Below, in pieces: positions 36,794-46,640 of a stretch of DNA of 64,000 nucleotides (positions are counted from its first letter, which is position 1; each line of letters begins with the position of its first letter). The position numbers and the translations under genes were made by a program. Source of the stretch: a virus. The stretch spans positions 16,108 to 80,107 of IMG/VR virus record IMGVR_UViG_3300017991_000012. One strand, given 5' to 3'. The notes under the pieces are model-generated. The model was given only the letters and a program-made list of their open reading frames with translations. It made no database searches and was not told where the DNA came from.

Positions 36794-37189
36794 TTATCTT
36801 GCTGCGAGCAGCCTGTAGTCAAGATGAACCGCGAACTCCGTGTCGCTGTCCACCGAAATCCTGTTCACCAACCTCATCAGGTACGTCACTCCATCGTCGG
36901 CAGAAGGCTTCTGTCCTCTAAGCGCGTCGTAGACCAAATCCGCCACCTGCTCTGCCTCCAGCGAAGTCGCCCTGCTGAATGCGCTGATCTGCAGCCGGTC
37001 GTCATTGATGTCTTTGCTGTCCAGCTCATAGTCGAGCGTCTGAATTCCCTGGCTGATCATCACCCGCGGATAGGTCCTCAGCCTGGTATTGTTCCCCGCA
37101 CGGTTGACGATGGCCTTCGCAGGCACGACAGCCGTCAGCGCCACGTCAGCTTTCAGAATCACGAGCGTGCCTTCGATCGTGTGCAGCAT
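36794..37189 (-). CDS. tail terminator/completion protein (DUF3168-like)
   Basis: L.AD..L...YP.V...LQISAF...A..VAD.V..AL. Confidence 0.75.
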   Translation of the reverse strand: MLHTIEGTLVILKADVALTAVVPAKAIVNRAGNNTRLRTYPRVMISQGIQTLDYELDSKDINDDRLQISAFSRATSLEAEQVADLVYDALRGQKPSADDGVTYLMRLVNRISVDSDTEFAVHLDYRLLAAR

Positions 37190-37590
37190 TACTCGATCCT
37201 CCGCACGCGACTACGCGCCCATGGTGCCTCGATCCTGATCGCCTCGCGCAGGAACGGCCTGCCAGGCACCTCGCTCGTACCGAACTCTACGTACGCCGCG
37301 TATTCCTTGCCCAGCAGAATGACCATCGTAAAATAGGCCAGCCTCGTGGCGTCCACGCGCACGCTCTGGCGCAGATGGCCATGATCGACAGGTGCCTTGC
37401 CTTCTCTCCATCCACCGGTATCGACTCCCATTCTGGTAATACCGCTGTATCCTTCGCGTACCCTTGCCGCGATGTCGTCCGCGGCCTCCAGCAGCATTGC
37501 CATGTACGCCCTCTGGCGCCTGGCCCAGAAGTCTGTCATCTGCCTATCCAGGTTGTTTCGCATCTTGGCCATCAGCTCTGCCTGTCTCCA
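37189..37590 (-). CDS. HK97 gp10-like neck/tail component
   Basis: APVDHGHLRQS...YAAYVEFGT...RPFLR. Confidence 0.85.
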   Translation of the reverse strand, partial: WRQAELMAKMRNNLDRQMTDFWARRQRAYMAMLLEAADDIAARVREGYSGITRMGVDTGGWREGKAPVDHGHLRQSVRVDATRLAYFTMVILLGKEYAAYVEFGTSEVPGRPFLREAIRIEAPWARSRVRRIE

Positions 37591-38264
37591 GCAGCCATCA
37601 AAAACCAATGCCATCTTGTCTCGGCTGCTTCGAAAATCGGCAAGCACTCCGTCACTCTATATCGCATGCTGTTGATCGTGATCTCATCCGGATACGGTGC
37701 GCTCAGCTGGTACAGGGTCTTGAACACCGCATCCACGTACTCGACTCTACCCTGATTTCCAGCACGTCTGAGGCTGACGTTCTGCGTGTCCAACAATCCG
37801 CTCACCTCAATATAGGTCTCGACGAACTCCTCTTCTCCTACGTCATTGAAGCTAGGCGGACTCGCGCTTTCCAGCAATGTCACCGCAGCCAGGTCTCGTC
37901 CAAGAACGCCGCCATAGATATACCTCGTTCCGCTGGCAGTGACCTTGAACCATGCCAGGCCCACTGCCGTCTCGCTGTTCTTTGTGCTGGTGACAATCCC
38001 CCAGTAGGTTCCGTTTGACAGCGCCGCATCCAGCGAGACGTTCTTCGTGATACTGGTCTCTGAACTGTATTCCTCCGTCGCGGTATTGAATGACTTGAAT
38101 GTATTCGTGCTGCCGCTTTCGCAATCGGTCAGCAGTACAGTTGCGCCAGTTCCGTCCTTCTGGTCCGTGACCATAAATACGGGCGTGCTGATGCCAGATG
38201 GCGATCCGCTTTCTTCTGTTACTGGACCGAAGCCAGTCAGCATGCCATATGATGCGCTCATCAT
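37572..38264 (-). CDS. virion protein, possible head-closure domain
   Basis: Directly before the gp10-like gene; D.ITIN..RYRV C-terminus. Confidence 0.5.
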   Translation of the reverse strand: MMSASYGMLTGFGPVTEESGSPSGISTPVFMVTDQKDGTGATVLLTDCESGSTNTFKSFNTATEEYSSETSITKNVSLDAALSNGTYWGIVTSTKNSETAVGLAWFKVTASGTRYIYGGVLGRDLAAVTLLESASPPSFNDVGEEEFVETYIEVSGLLDTQNVSLRRAGNQGRVEYVDAVFKTLYQLSAPYPDEITINSMRYRVTECLPIFEAAETRWHWFLMAAGDRQS

Positions 38265-39322
38265 GGTCCTCTGTAGCCGCCAATCCTATGCGTCTCGGCC
38301 GTCACATTGCTTCCATCTGGCTGCGTCAGATCTTTTCTGAACAGCTCCACATCCGTTCCGCGTTCGTAATACACAGCCTGCCATGGTGTCTGCGTTCTAT
38401 CCACGGCAATATCCATCTCCGTCCGTTTCTGGATTGTGGTCTGATTCGCGGCCGTCGCGTAGGAGGCAGCTACCAATGTCCTTGCCTCCATCTCGGCATT
38501 TGTCGGCCCGTCGTACGTATTCAAAGCTGACGAGCACTGCGCCAGCACATCTGCGGAGGATACGTTGTTCAATGCCGCGATCAGCCCAGGAACAGTCGTT
38601 CCCGTGTCCTCAAGAATGGCCGCGACATTCGTTCCAACCGTGCCTGCCACAACCGCAGAATTGACCGCACTTGCGATCGCTGCCAGCGTTGCAGTCGCAT
38701 CTCCCTCATTGATCAGGAACTCTTCAACCTTGGCCGAAATCGCAGCGAGCAACGCCGTGGCATCACCCTCGTCCAGCATCATCGCTTCCAGCTTTGTTCC
38801 AATGGCCGTGAGCGCCGTGTTGTTCGGCGCATTGACCAAGTCCATCTGTGCGCCTGCAGCTGCCGCCGTCTTGGCCGCGTCGTAGTCGCTGTGCAGCGTG
38901 ATTGACCCGTCGGATAGGGATGCTTCTAGCGCTGCCGTGGCCGCAAGAGCCGCGCTATTCGTGCCGCGCATGTATCGGTTCTCAATGGAGAATGAACCTA
39001 TCCACGCATTGACGGTCTGCCCGTTAATCGTCACGCCTTCGATTCGGACAGCATAATTTGATCCAGTAACCCAAAAATCGGCAACTGTATCATCAGAGGT
39101 ATCAATTACGACTAGGTGATTCCCGGTAATGCCATCATAATCAATAGACACAGTTACTCCGGCTGCGTTATTTCTCTGCGTCAAACCGCCATCTTTATGG
39201 ATGTGAACGTCCGTATTTGCGAAATCCGTAATCGTACAGGATGCACCATCAGAATCGAAGGTGTTAAATGGGACTTCGATTGTGTCATTTTCGTTTATGT
39301 TGCCAAGATATGGAACTGGCAT
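38261..39322 (-). CDS. virion structural protein (Ala/Thr-rich, fibre-like)
   Basis: Composition and location. Confidence 0.55.
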   Translation of the reverse strand: MPVPYLGNINENDTIEVPFNTFDSDGASCTITDFANTDVHIHKDGGLTQRNNAAGVTVSIDYDGITGNHLVVIDTSDDTVADFWVTGSNYAVRIEGVTINGQTVNAWIGSFSIENRYMRGTNSAALAATAALEASLSDGSITLHSDYDAAKTAAAAGAQMDLVNAPNNTALTAIGTKLEAMMLDEGDATALLAAISAKVEEFLINEGDATATLAAIASAVNSAVVAGTVGTNVAAILEDTGTTVPGLIAALNNVSSADVLAQCSSALNTYDGPTNAEMEARTLVAASYATAANQTTIQKRTEMDIAVDRTQTPWQAVYYERGTDVELFRKDLTQPDGSNVTAETHRIGGYRGP

Positions 39323-39337
39323 CGTCTTGCTCCTGTC

Positions 39338-40492
39338 CTATCCAAATGGCCCAACTAATGGACCAGATCCGCCGCCGGTATCTATTAGGTTGCTGCCTTC
39401 TACCGCGCCGATACTCGGCGTGGTTGCGTGGCGTGGCTTGCCAAAGTAATCGTAATCACAGCTTGCGTCCATGCCCGCGTGGTACAGGCTGCTGTCTTCG
39501 GTGATCCCGAAAATGGGATAGTAGTTGCCGTTCGCGTTATCGCGGTGCCAGGACAAATCGTCGCGCGTCTGACTTGGCAAATTACCAGATCCGGTCGACC
39601 AGTTGCCGTTAGTGCAAGACGTATCATCGGCTGCGTTGTTGTAGCCGGTTGCGTTGCCGTGATTGACCCAGGCGTCGCTGCCGCCGCTGAAAGCTACGCA
39701 GTTCCTGAACGTCGCAGTTTCGTTTCCCACGTTGATGTTTTGCGGGTTCGCCCTGGCAAAGGTGCAGTGATCGAATTGCGCATTTGCTCCGCCGTCAACC
39801 CGTAGGTTGTAGCTCTTCGTGTTGCACAAAACCGTGTTGCGAACCGTGAGTGATCCGGTCGTGTTTACATACAGGCAGTAATTCCCGCCCTGGAAGTAAC
39901 ACATATCCACAACAAGCGTCCCGTTGGAGAAGGTGAGTTGTGTCGGCGCCCCAGCGTCATTTGTGCCGACAATACCCACGCCTTTGATTTCCAAACTGGC
40001 GCCGTCAAGATCGCCACGGCAGTCCACCATACCGTATGAATCATCCTGCATGGTGACGTCCATGGCCATGCCGTACAAATTGCACTTCGGGCCGGCGTCC
40101 GCGCCGATGTCGTTCATTTTCTCGTTTAGCCAATCGGTTGACCGGCTCTGGTCTGAATACCACAGCAAAATGCTATCGCCTGCGCTGCATCCTGCTTTCG
40201 CCAACGTCGGCGTGTTGTACTGATAGATTGTACTCTGGCGTTGGGGCGTGCATTCGTCGTCCGTGCTCCAGCCGCTGGCGTCGGATACCGTAATCTCGAA
40301 AGACCCGTCCGACTGCTCGCCGCCGATGGCTGTAATCTGCTGGCTGGACGAATCGGTCACGTTGGCGACATAATCGCCAACCTCGAAAAGCTCCTCCCAG
40401 ACACCGCGCCGCCAATCGCCCTCGGCCCAGGAAATCACGTTCCCGGTTACCGTGACGGCTGCTGGGTTGCCTGCGATACGGTCGTCTGCCAT
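39338..40492 (-). CDS. right-handed beta-helix (pectin lyase-like) protein
   Basis: VRNTV, FDHCTF, FRNCV repeats; DYFGKPR...PSIGAVE C-terminus. Confidence 0.65.
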   Translation of the reverse strand: MADDRIAGNPAAVTVTGNVISWAEGDWRRGVWEELFEVGDYVANVTDSSSQQITAIGGEQSDGSFEITVSDASGWSTDDECTPQRQSTIYQYNTPTLAKAGCSAGDSILLWYSDQSRSTDWLNEKMNDIGADAGPKCNLYGMAMDVTMQDDSYGMVDCRGDLDGASLEIKGVGIVGTNDAGAPTQLTFSNGTLVVDMCYFQGGNYCLYVNTTGSLTVRNTVLCNTKSYNLRVDGGANAQFDHCTFARANPQNINVGNETATFRNCVAFSGGSDAWVNHGNATGYNNAADDTSCTNGNWSTGSGNLPSQTRDDLSWHRDNANGNYYPIFGITEDSSLYHAGMDASCDYDYFGKPRHATTPSIGAVEGSNLIDTGGGSGPLVGPFG

Positions 40493-40495
40493 TGT

Positions 40496-40786
40496 TTACG
40501 GTTCCAGTTGTTCCTGAATCAGTCCGCGCCTGCGGGCTTCTTTTTCCAGTGCGGCCTCGCCCACGTCCTGCAGGTCAAGCGCTTCCGTGTCCGTGACCAG
40601 GGCGCGGTTGATTGCGCTGGCCTGCACAACGTAGCGCCCCACATGGACCTGACGGTCGTCCTCTTCCGGCTGCAGGTCCTCGGTCGTGACGATCTCGAAA
40701 TCTGCAAGGACGCCCGGCATCCACTTGATACCGTGCGGCTTGGCTTGGATGAATTTGCCGTCCCGAAAGCAGGCGTCGTATTTCAT
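40496..40786 (-). CDS. hypothetical protein
   Basis: ORF, start at MKYDAC. Confidence 0.5.
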   Translation of the reverse strand: MKYDACFRDGKFIQAKPHGIKWMPGVLADFEIVTTEDLQPEEDDRQVHVGRYVVQASAINRALVTDTEALDLQDVGEAALEKEARRRGLIQEQLEP

Positions 40787-40820
40787 GCCTCGCCTTTCAT
40801 CTTCCCTGCCTTGCGAATCG

Positions 40821-41294
40821 CTATGCCATTGCCACGTTTCCATTCAAGGCCAGGTTGCCCATGATCTCACGGATCTTCTTCGGCCTGTTCGAGTTGAACC
40901 AGAAGTCCAGAGTCCCGGTGTCATTTGCCGCCTTCTCCCGCTGTTCCTCTTCGCGCACGTAGAAAAAGAACGGCACGTTCGACAGCTCGCTGTGGATCCA
41001 CTCGCGAAAGCTCCGTGCGCCGTTGCCGACGGTGCTCATTTCGACCAGGATGCAGCTGACGTCCTTCGGATCTGTTACCTGCAAGTACTTCATCGCATCG
41101 GCCATACCGGGAAAGCTCATTACGCGCCGGCCGGCACTCAGGACCACGACTTGTAGAAAATCACGAAATTCCTGATTGCTGTCTATAATCAGGAAAATCC
41201 CACTCGGCCTTGCCGCGATTCTCAGCGTCCTGCTCGTCTTGATGTAGGCCTGTGCCGCATCCATTTCCCTCTGCTGCATCTCTTTGAGATTCAT
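40821..41294 (-). CDS. CheY-like pseudo-receiver domain protein
   Basis: FLIID....RDFL...DAMKYL...CILVEM...NG...VPFFF; ATGA-coupled to the upstream gene. Confidence 0.55.
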   Translation of the reverse strand: MNLKEMQQREMDAAQAYIKTSRTLRIAARPSGIFLIIDSNQEFRDFLQVVVLSAGRRVMSFPGMADAMKYLQVTDPKDVSCILVEMSTVGNGARSFREWIHSELSNVPFFFYVREEEQREKAANDTGTLDFWFNSNRPKKIREIMGNLALNGNVAMA

Positions 41295-41569
41295 GGTCGG
41301 CCTGTCCTTTCGCAAATCTCTACAGCCTTCTCTACCCTCGTCAGAAGCGGCTCGACCCGCTGCTGTATATCGAGATTCGATTGCTGCAATTTGAGGTTTT
41401 CGCTCAGGATGTCGATGAACTGATTGTGCCTGTTTTCCAGCAGATTCGACACGTCCTTCATGTATTGCTTCTTGTCGCGCCAAAGCCAGTAGATTACCAA
41501 CATGAGAATTGCAGACAGCCCCCATCCGCCGTTTGAAGCCAGGAAATCAGTCAAGGTCTGCAGGTCCAT
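41291..41569 (-). CDS. holin-like membrane protein (BhlA-like)
   Basis: Single TM (GGWGLSAILMLVIYWLW) followed by a coiled coil. Confidence 0.5.
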   Translation of the reverse strand: MDLQTLTDFLASNGGWGLSAILMLVIYWLWRDKKQYMKDVSNLLENRHNQFIDILSENLKLQQSNLDIQQRVEPLLTRVEKAVEICERTGRP

Positions 41570-41592
41570 GGTGTCTCCTTCGCTATAGCCGT

Positions 41593-41621
41593 ATTGTATT
41601 TTTCACCAGGACCGTTTTCAA
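41593..41621 (-). promoter_or_regulatory. putative promoter TTGAAA-17-TACAAT
   Basis: Intergenic, upstream of the holin-like gene. Confidence 0.5.
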
Positions 41622-41628
41622 CAAGCAC

Positions 41629-42201
41629 TTACCAGAACCATTCCCGGCTGTAGTGATGATAGACGTACAACCCGTCCAGTCTGAGCATTTTGAAGCCGTG
41701 GTTGCGGATCCGCACATGATAGTCGTTATCCACACCCAGGAAGCCATCCTTGAACCCGCCGACCTTGCGCCAGACCATCTTATTCGTCAGCATGAAGAAC
41801 CCGCTGCCCAGATCCTTCCCCATATCCGTGATGTCCGTCACCTGCACGCCGTTCTCGTCCCACAGCTTCTTCGCGAACTGCCGGTGTTCTTCGATGTCAT
41901 TCGACTCAGGCGCATCCGGATGCTTCTGCTCTGTGCGTCCGATCCTATTCGTCCAGCACGTTATCCATCCAGCCTCGTTGCCATGGAACCTTATTGCGTC
42001 CAGGCAGATCTCGTACCAATTCGGATTGCAGAGAAATACATCCTGATCCAGGAACAGCACCCAATCGTCTGCGTTCTCCATGTATCGATTGTATGCCTGG
42101 CCGACCTCGCCTCCAGGCTCGTATGGGATGTTGGTGTCGATGAACAGACCGTCGTCTATCTTGTGCTCGGCCAGCTTCTGCAGGTTGTCTTTGTGGTTCA
42201 T
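41629..42201 (-). CDS. GT-A fold glycosyltransferase (GT2-like)
   Basis: AYN...WVLFLDQD...GFFML...WRKVGGF..GFLGVDND. Confidence 0.75.
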   Translation of the reverse strand: MNHKDNLQKLAEHKIDDGLFIDTNIPYEPGGEVGQAYNRYMENADDWVLFLDQDVFLCNPNWYEICLDAIRFHGNEAGWITCWTNRIGRTEQKHPDAPESNDIEEHRQFAKKLWDENGVQVTDITDMGKDLGSGFFMLTNKMVWRKVGGFKDGFLGVDNDYHVRIRNHGFKMLRLDGLYVYHHYSREWFW

Positions 42202-42806
42202 AGTATCCTCGCTTTGATTTCGAATTCACCAGCCAGCGGCGGTAGAAACTCACCATCTTGCTTCGGCCCATTCGCCGGATCGTGGAACACGGTATCGATC
42301 GGCGCATCCTCGAATACGACCTCCGCATGTGCTGTGTTCATGATCGGCTTCAGCTTGCTGATTTCGACCTTGTGCTGAACCCCGCTCTTTTTCATCGCAC
42401 GCAGTACGTCATCGACCAATACCGGCGCCGTGTGTCCGGTCCATTTCGTCCAGGCGAACCGCAGCCCGAACTCCACCAGCCGCAGCTCGTCATCGCTGAA
42501 GTTCGGTATCCTGATCCAGACCATGTTCGTCGACGCACGCATCATGTTCTCGACAATCTGTCTTGCGTCATCGACGCTCGGAACATGCTCCAGAAAATGG
42601 AACGCCAGGTACGTGCTGGCTTCGATCAGATCCGTCTGTCCATCCACCGGGCAGCAGAGAAAATGATAGCCCTTGTGCTGAATGGTCTGCTCGTACTCAC
42701 GCTTGCAGTCTATTGCCAGACAGGCCTCAGGCGAGTAGCCAAACTGCTTGCACGCCATATCCATCGCGTTGCCGTTTTTGCATCCAAGATCCACTGCGCT
42801 CAGCAT
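42198..42806 (-). CDS. class I SAM-dependent methyltransferase
   Basis: VDLGCKNG, HFLEHV, IRIP. Confidence 0.7.
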   Translation of the reverse strand: MLSAVDLGCKNGNAMDMACKQFGYSPEACLAIDCKREYEQTIQHKGYHFLCCPVDGQTDLIEASTYLAFHFLEHVPSVDDARQIVENMMRASTNMVWIRIPNFSDDELRLVEFGLRFAWTKWTGHTAPVLVDDVLRAMKKSGVQHKVEISKLKPIMNTAHAEVVFEDAPIDTVFHDPANGPKQDGEFLPPLAGEFEIKARIL

Positions 42807-43378
42807 TGCACGACCTCCGGATTGACAATCACCTCATCGTGTCCAAAGTCTGCGAGACCGAATCTCGCATCCTGCTTACCCTTCCACGCGATCACGCCAA
42901 GACTGATTGGTTCTACATCCGTTGGATAGCCGTGCTCGAACACCTCGACCTTGAACCACGGCTGAATCTCCATCAGATTCCTGAGCTTGGTCGCGTCGTA
43001 CAGCGCCTTGTGTAGCTGCTGATCTGAGTAGCGCATGTGCTTCTTGGCCAGCCCGTGCGTGGCCAGGAATACGTTCTGTAGTGGCATCATGCCGCCGAGA
43101 TATAGCGCTGCCACGTGCTTGAAGTTCGGAATTCCGGCAAGCACCAGTCTCCCACACGCGCCCAGAGCCTGATAGCAGCTGCCGACAAAACCAACGGCTT
43201 TGCTGTCCGTCAGGTGTTCCAGGAAAGCATAGCCGAAGATCGCGCTCGCACTGCCCTTCTGTACAAATCCCAGCACATCACTGCAGTCAGCCACCAGATC
43301 AGCTGCGTCGGTCGGTCTGATGTCGACGTTCATAAAGCCAGCAATCGGCCTGTTTCCGCATCCGACGTTGATCTTCAT
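42800..43378 (-). CDS. class I SAM-dependent methyltransferase
   Basis: KINVGCG...GFMNVDI...FLEHL...PN. Confidence 0.85.
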   Translation of the reverse strand: MKINVGCGNRPIAGFMNVDIRPTDAADLVADCSDVLGFVQKGSASAIFGYAFLEHLTDSKAVGFVGSCYQALGACGRLVLAGIPNFKHVAALYLGGMMPLQNVFLATHGLAKKHMRYSDQQLHKALYDATKLRNLMEIQPWFKVEVFEHGYPTDVEPISLGVIAWKGKQDARFGLADFGHDEVIVNPEVVQC

Positions 43379-44076
43379 CCTTGCTCTCCGAACATGTTGA
43401 CCAGCTTCAGCTTATCCCAATCCATATTGGGATCGCGGAACATGCCCCGGCTTTTGAATCCTGCGTAGCCGTCCCACATGCTGCCGCAGTCGATCATCGT
43501 GATCTTGTCACCAATCAGCGGCCACAGCCTGTGCTGCAGGACATTGGTCATCATGCTGCTGCTGAACAGGATCACCTCGCACCACTTGCACGCATCCAGT
43601 ACTCGCTTGAACACGCCATCGACCTTCTTGAAGCAGTCGACCTTCGGCACGTCAATCAGCTGCTCGAACTCCAGGCTGCTGGTTCCAAGATGCATCGGCC
43701 CGACCACGAGCACGCGCTTGGTTTTCAGCGCCTTGACGAACGGCCACAGCCTGCCCTTGATATTCGCCTTATGCAGGCAGTCGCTGTCGTACCACGCCCT
43801 GTCGATCTTGTTCACTGCAAGGTAATCCATCAGTGCAACATTCAGATCCTTCACGGCCTTGCGCTGCATGCCCCAGATCACGCCATCGTCGCTGCATACA
43901 GCCTCTTCAAGCGCCAGCTTCAACTCCGGCATGTACTGGTGGCCATCACAGTTCTTTCCGCCGTATCCAAGAATGCACCGCCACTCGCCGTCTCCGTACC
44001 GGACAAACGTAAACGGCTTCCCTTTCTCCAGCTTTTTCACCAGCTCCAGCACATTCAAACTGTTCACCTGTACCAT
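43375..44076 (-). CDS. GT-D fold glycosyltransferase-like protein
   Basis: PFTFVRYGDGE...VLVVG...IDCGS.WD. Confidence 0.75.
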   Translation of the reverse strand: MVQVNSLNVLELVKKLEKGKPFTFVRYGDGEWRCILGYGGKNCDGHQYMPELKLALEEAVCSDDGVIWGMQRKAVKDLNVALMDYLAVNKIDRAWYDSDCLHKANIKGRLWPFVKALKTKRVLVVGPMHLGTSSLEFEQLIDVPKVDCFKKVDGVFKRVLDACKWCEVILFSSSMMTNVLQHRLWPLIGDKITMIDCGSMWDGYAGFKSRGMFRDPNMDWDKLKLVNMFGEQG

Positions 44077-44078
44077 CG

Positions 44079-44582
44079 TCAGTCCTTTTTATACCAAGGC
44101 TTGAACGCCAGCATCTTTTCAATTTCTGGAAATTGACCAGTGAACATCTGGCAGCGATCATCCAGTGAGTAGAAAGCTGGTGGTTTCGCACGCGGGAATT
44201 GGATCTTGTCCACGATCAGCCTTGCAGCATACCGAACCTCATCCGTCCACTGATCGGCAAAGGCCGTCTCGGCGATGATGCTACGCCACCACTCTGGCGT
44301 CTCGTCGTATTCACACGCATAGTCGCAGTACCACTTGAGCAACCAGGTCCTCATGGCCCAGCGCCCAAACAAGAACTTGCTTCTGCTGCTATAGATCGCT
44401 GGCTGCACATATGGCGATCTTGCAAGCATAGCAAGCCATTCGAGTGCGCCAGCAACCGGAATATCTGGTATCGTCCGCGGTCCCTGCCATCCGCTGGTGT
44501 AGCTATGGATCACGCCGTCGAAGTCAATGCAAATGATCGGCGTGAACTTGGGCACCTCCTGTCCTTTGTTTTCGTTCACCAT
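44079..44582 (-). CDS. HAD-superfamily phosphatase
   Basis: ICIDFDGVIH, IYSSR, KP...LDDR. Confidence 0.8.
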   Translation of the reverse strand: MVNENKGQEVPKFTPIICIDFDGVIHSYTSGWQGPRTIPDIPVAGALEWLAMLARSPYVQPAIYSSRSKFLFGRWAMRTWLLKWYCDYACEYDETPEWWRSIIAETAFADQWTDEVRYAARLIVDKIQFPRAKPPAFYSLDDRCQMFTGQFPEIEKMLAFKPWYKKD

Positions 44583-44594
44583 CGCCCGGCCTCC

Positions 44595-45437
44595 TCAGTC
44601 CTCGATCAGTATGTCCAAGATGTTTGCACGCTCCTCAATCTTGATAGCGTCCACGACCTCAAGCGTGTCGCAGCTGATCTTGAATATCGCAATCTGCCTG
44701 GGCCAACTACGCTCGTTGCGCTTCCCCCTGTGGCTCCCCCCAACATAGAAATGGTCCTTGTACTCGACCAGTCCGCGAAGGTATCGTCCCTCCAGATCTA
44801 TCTTGCGATATACCTCACCTGTATCCCTCTTCTGACACACCATTTGACCAGTTCCACTGCTGAGCGAAAACATATCGTTTCCGCGCACAAGAACGTTATG
44901 CCCGCGATCTCCAACGTCGCGATATATTCGCCAGATCTTGATCTCTCCAGCAAGCAGTCTTGGTAAATCGAGTACGGCAATGAAGCTCGGCCCGTGGTTG
45001 TGGCAGTACACATACAGCCCTTCCTCCCAAATGCACATGCTGTTGATGTGGTTCACGTCCTGTGCTTTGCCGCCTGGAATTCCGAAGTCGATCTTGATCT
45101 TCTCGTGCTTTCCATTCTGAACGTCGGTCAACACAATCTCATTGCTGACGCTGGCGGTAGTCAGAATGTACGGCCCATAGCTGATGATCTGGTGCGCTCC
45201 CTGGCAGGCAGCTATCGTCAACTTGTTGCACAGCGCCATGGTCTTGTCCAGGAACAGCAGCAGCGTCGGGTCTTCCGGATTCTCACCCTGGCGCTTGGCA
45301 AATACGTACATCCCCTCGTACCTGGCAATGCCATAGATGCAATCTTCATTCGGCACCTGGCCTTTGTCGATCACAAAGTCTCGATCGTCCTCGCGAACAT
45401 AGCAGTCAGTCAGCGTGCTGTACAACAGTCTCATCAT
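44595..45437 (-). CDS. beta-propeller protein (DUF4915/arylsulfotransferase-like)
   Basis: HQI, NHINS, GHNV and YLRGL blade motifs. Confidence 0.5.
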   Translation of the reverse strand: MMRLLYSTLTDCYVREDDRDFVIDKGQVPNEDCIYGIARYEGMYVFAKRQGENPEDPTLLLFLDKTMALCNKLTIAACQGAHQIISYGPYILTTASVSNEIVLTDVQNGKHEKIKIDFGIPGGKAQDVNHINSMCIWEEGLYVYCHNHGPSFIAVLDLPRLLAGEIKIWRIYRDVGDRGHNVLVRGNDMFSLSSGTGQMVCQKRDTGEVYRKIDLEGRYLRGLVEYKDHFYVGGSHRGKRNERSWPRQIAIFKISCDTLEVVDAIKIEERANILDILIED

Positions 45438-45984
45438 CGGCCTTCCATATCATCCAGCTTGGATTCGTCCACCCGCGTACAGGATCTTCCGTCACGTGAA
45501 AGCAGTCATGCAGGCCGTGCCTGTCTACAAACTCATTAACGGCCTGGATCACGCCGCACGTGCCCTTGACTTTGTAGTCATGGCCGGCGAGTATGCCGCC
45601 TTTCTTCACCAGTGGCCAGTACAGCGCAATGTCCTTCTTGATGCCATCGTACCTGTGATCGGCATCGATGTAGATGAAGTCAAACGACAGGCTTTCAAAC
45701 TCCATCCACGCCTGGTCGCTCCTGGCCTTGATCAACCGCGCATGCGTTGTCTCTTTCATCTTGGCAATTACATCGCAGCACATCTTCCACCTCTCGTCTC
45801 CGCTGCTGTAATGCAGGTCTTCGAAGATGTCGATTCCGATCAGTTCATCAGCCTCAGCCGCGCCAAGCAACGCCAGGCCCTCGCCCTTCCATACCCCGAC
45901 TTCCATCAACCTGCCATTCAATCCGGCCTCGCGCAGTAACTGCGGAATGTCCTTCCGATACTTGCAGGCCTTCATCAACTGCAC
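45406..45984 (-). CDS. SAM-dependent methyltransferase (Methyltransf_24-like)
   Basis: EVGVWKG, DFIYIDADHRY...D...WPLVKKGGILAGHDY. Confidence 0.88.
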   Translation of the reverse strand: MQLMKACKYRKDIPQLLREAGLNGRLMEVGVWKGEGLALLGAAEADELIGIDIFEDLHYSSGDERWKMCCDVIAKMKETTHARLIKARSDQAWMEFESLSFDFIYIDADHRYDGIKKDIALYWPLVKKGGILAGHDYKVKGTCGVIQAVNEFVDRHGLHDCFHVTEDPVRGWTNPSWMIWKADDETVVQHAD

Positions 45985-46640
45985 TACTCGCGGCTGCCCC
46001 TCATCGGTCTTGGCGCGACGATCGACTTCGGCAGCTTTCTCCTGCTGTGCCATACTTTGATCCTTCCATGCCAATACTGCCATTTGTCCCTGAAATTCCA
46101 GCTCGCAGGCAGGACGAACGGATTGAACTCCATCTCGAATATCGCCCTCGACAGGTGCGGCTGGTCATTGGTCTCGCCACCAACGTGCTCCTCGCACAGT
46201 TCCTTCCATCTATTGAACACGCACTCGCTGTACTTGTGGTCGAAGAAGATCACGCCCGTATTGTACTGAATCCAGTCCTGGTGATCCTGCCATCCAGGCA
46301 CGCTCGCCAGGTCATAGAACGGTGCGATCGTCAGCGCCATCCCATGCAGTTCGGCCATTTTGAATCCGAAGCACAGTTCGTCACAGACAATCGTGTCGCT
46401 GTCGAGAAAGCACGTCAGATCAAACGGCGCCAGTCGGTAGATGTTGCTTGCCTTGTTCAGATGCACGCGCTGGCGATCGATCATCGTATAATGCACGACA
46501 TCGAATTCCGGCCAGCTCACTTCCTCATCAGTCAGCAGCACCGTCTGGTAGCCGTATTTCTTCGCGCTTGCCGCCGATCGCCTGGCCTCAGCCAGCGACT
46601 TCTCGCCCCAGGCGTTGTAGACTATTCCTCTTGTGGGCAT
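45984..46640 (-). CDS. nucleotide-diphospho-sugar transferase (GT-A)
   Basis: PFD.T.FLDSDT, YNTGVIFF, NDQ. Confidence 0.8.
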   Translation of the reverse strand: MPTRGIVYNAWGEKSLAEARRSAASAKKYGYQTVLLTDEEVSWPEFDVVHYTMIDRQRVHLNKASNIYRLAPFDLTCFLDSDTIVCDELCFGFKMAELHGMALTIAPFYDLASVPGWQDHQDWIQYNTGVIFFDHKYSECVFNRWKELCEEHVGGETNDQPHLSRAIFEMEFNPFVLPASWNFRDKWQYWHGRIKVWHSRRKLPKSIVAPRPMRGSRE

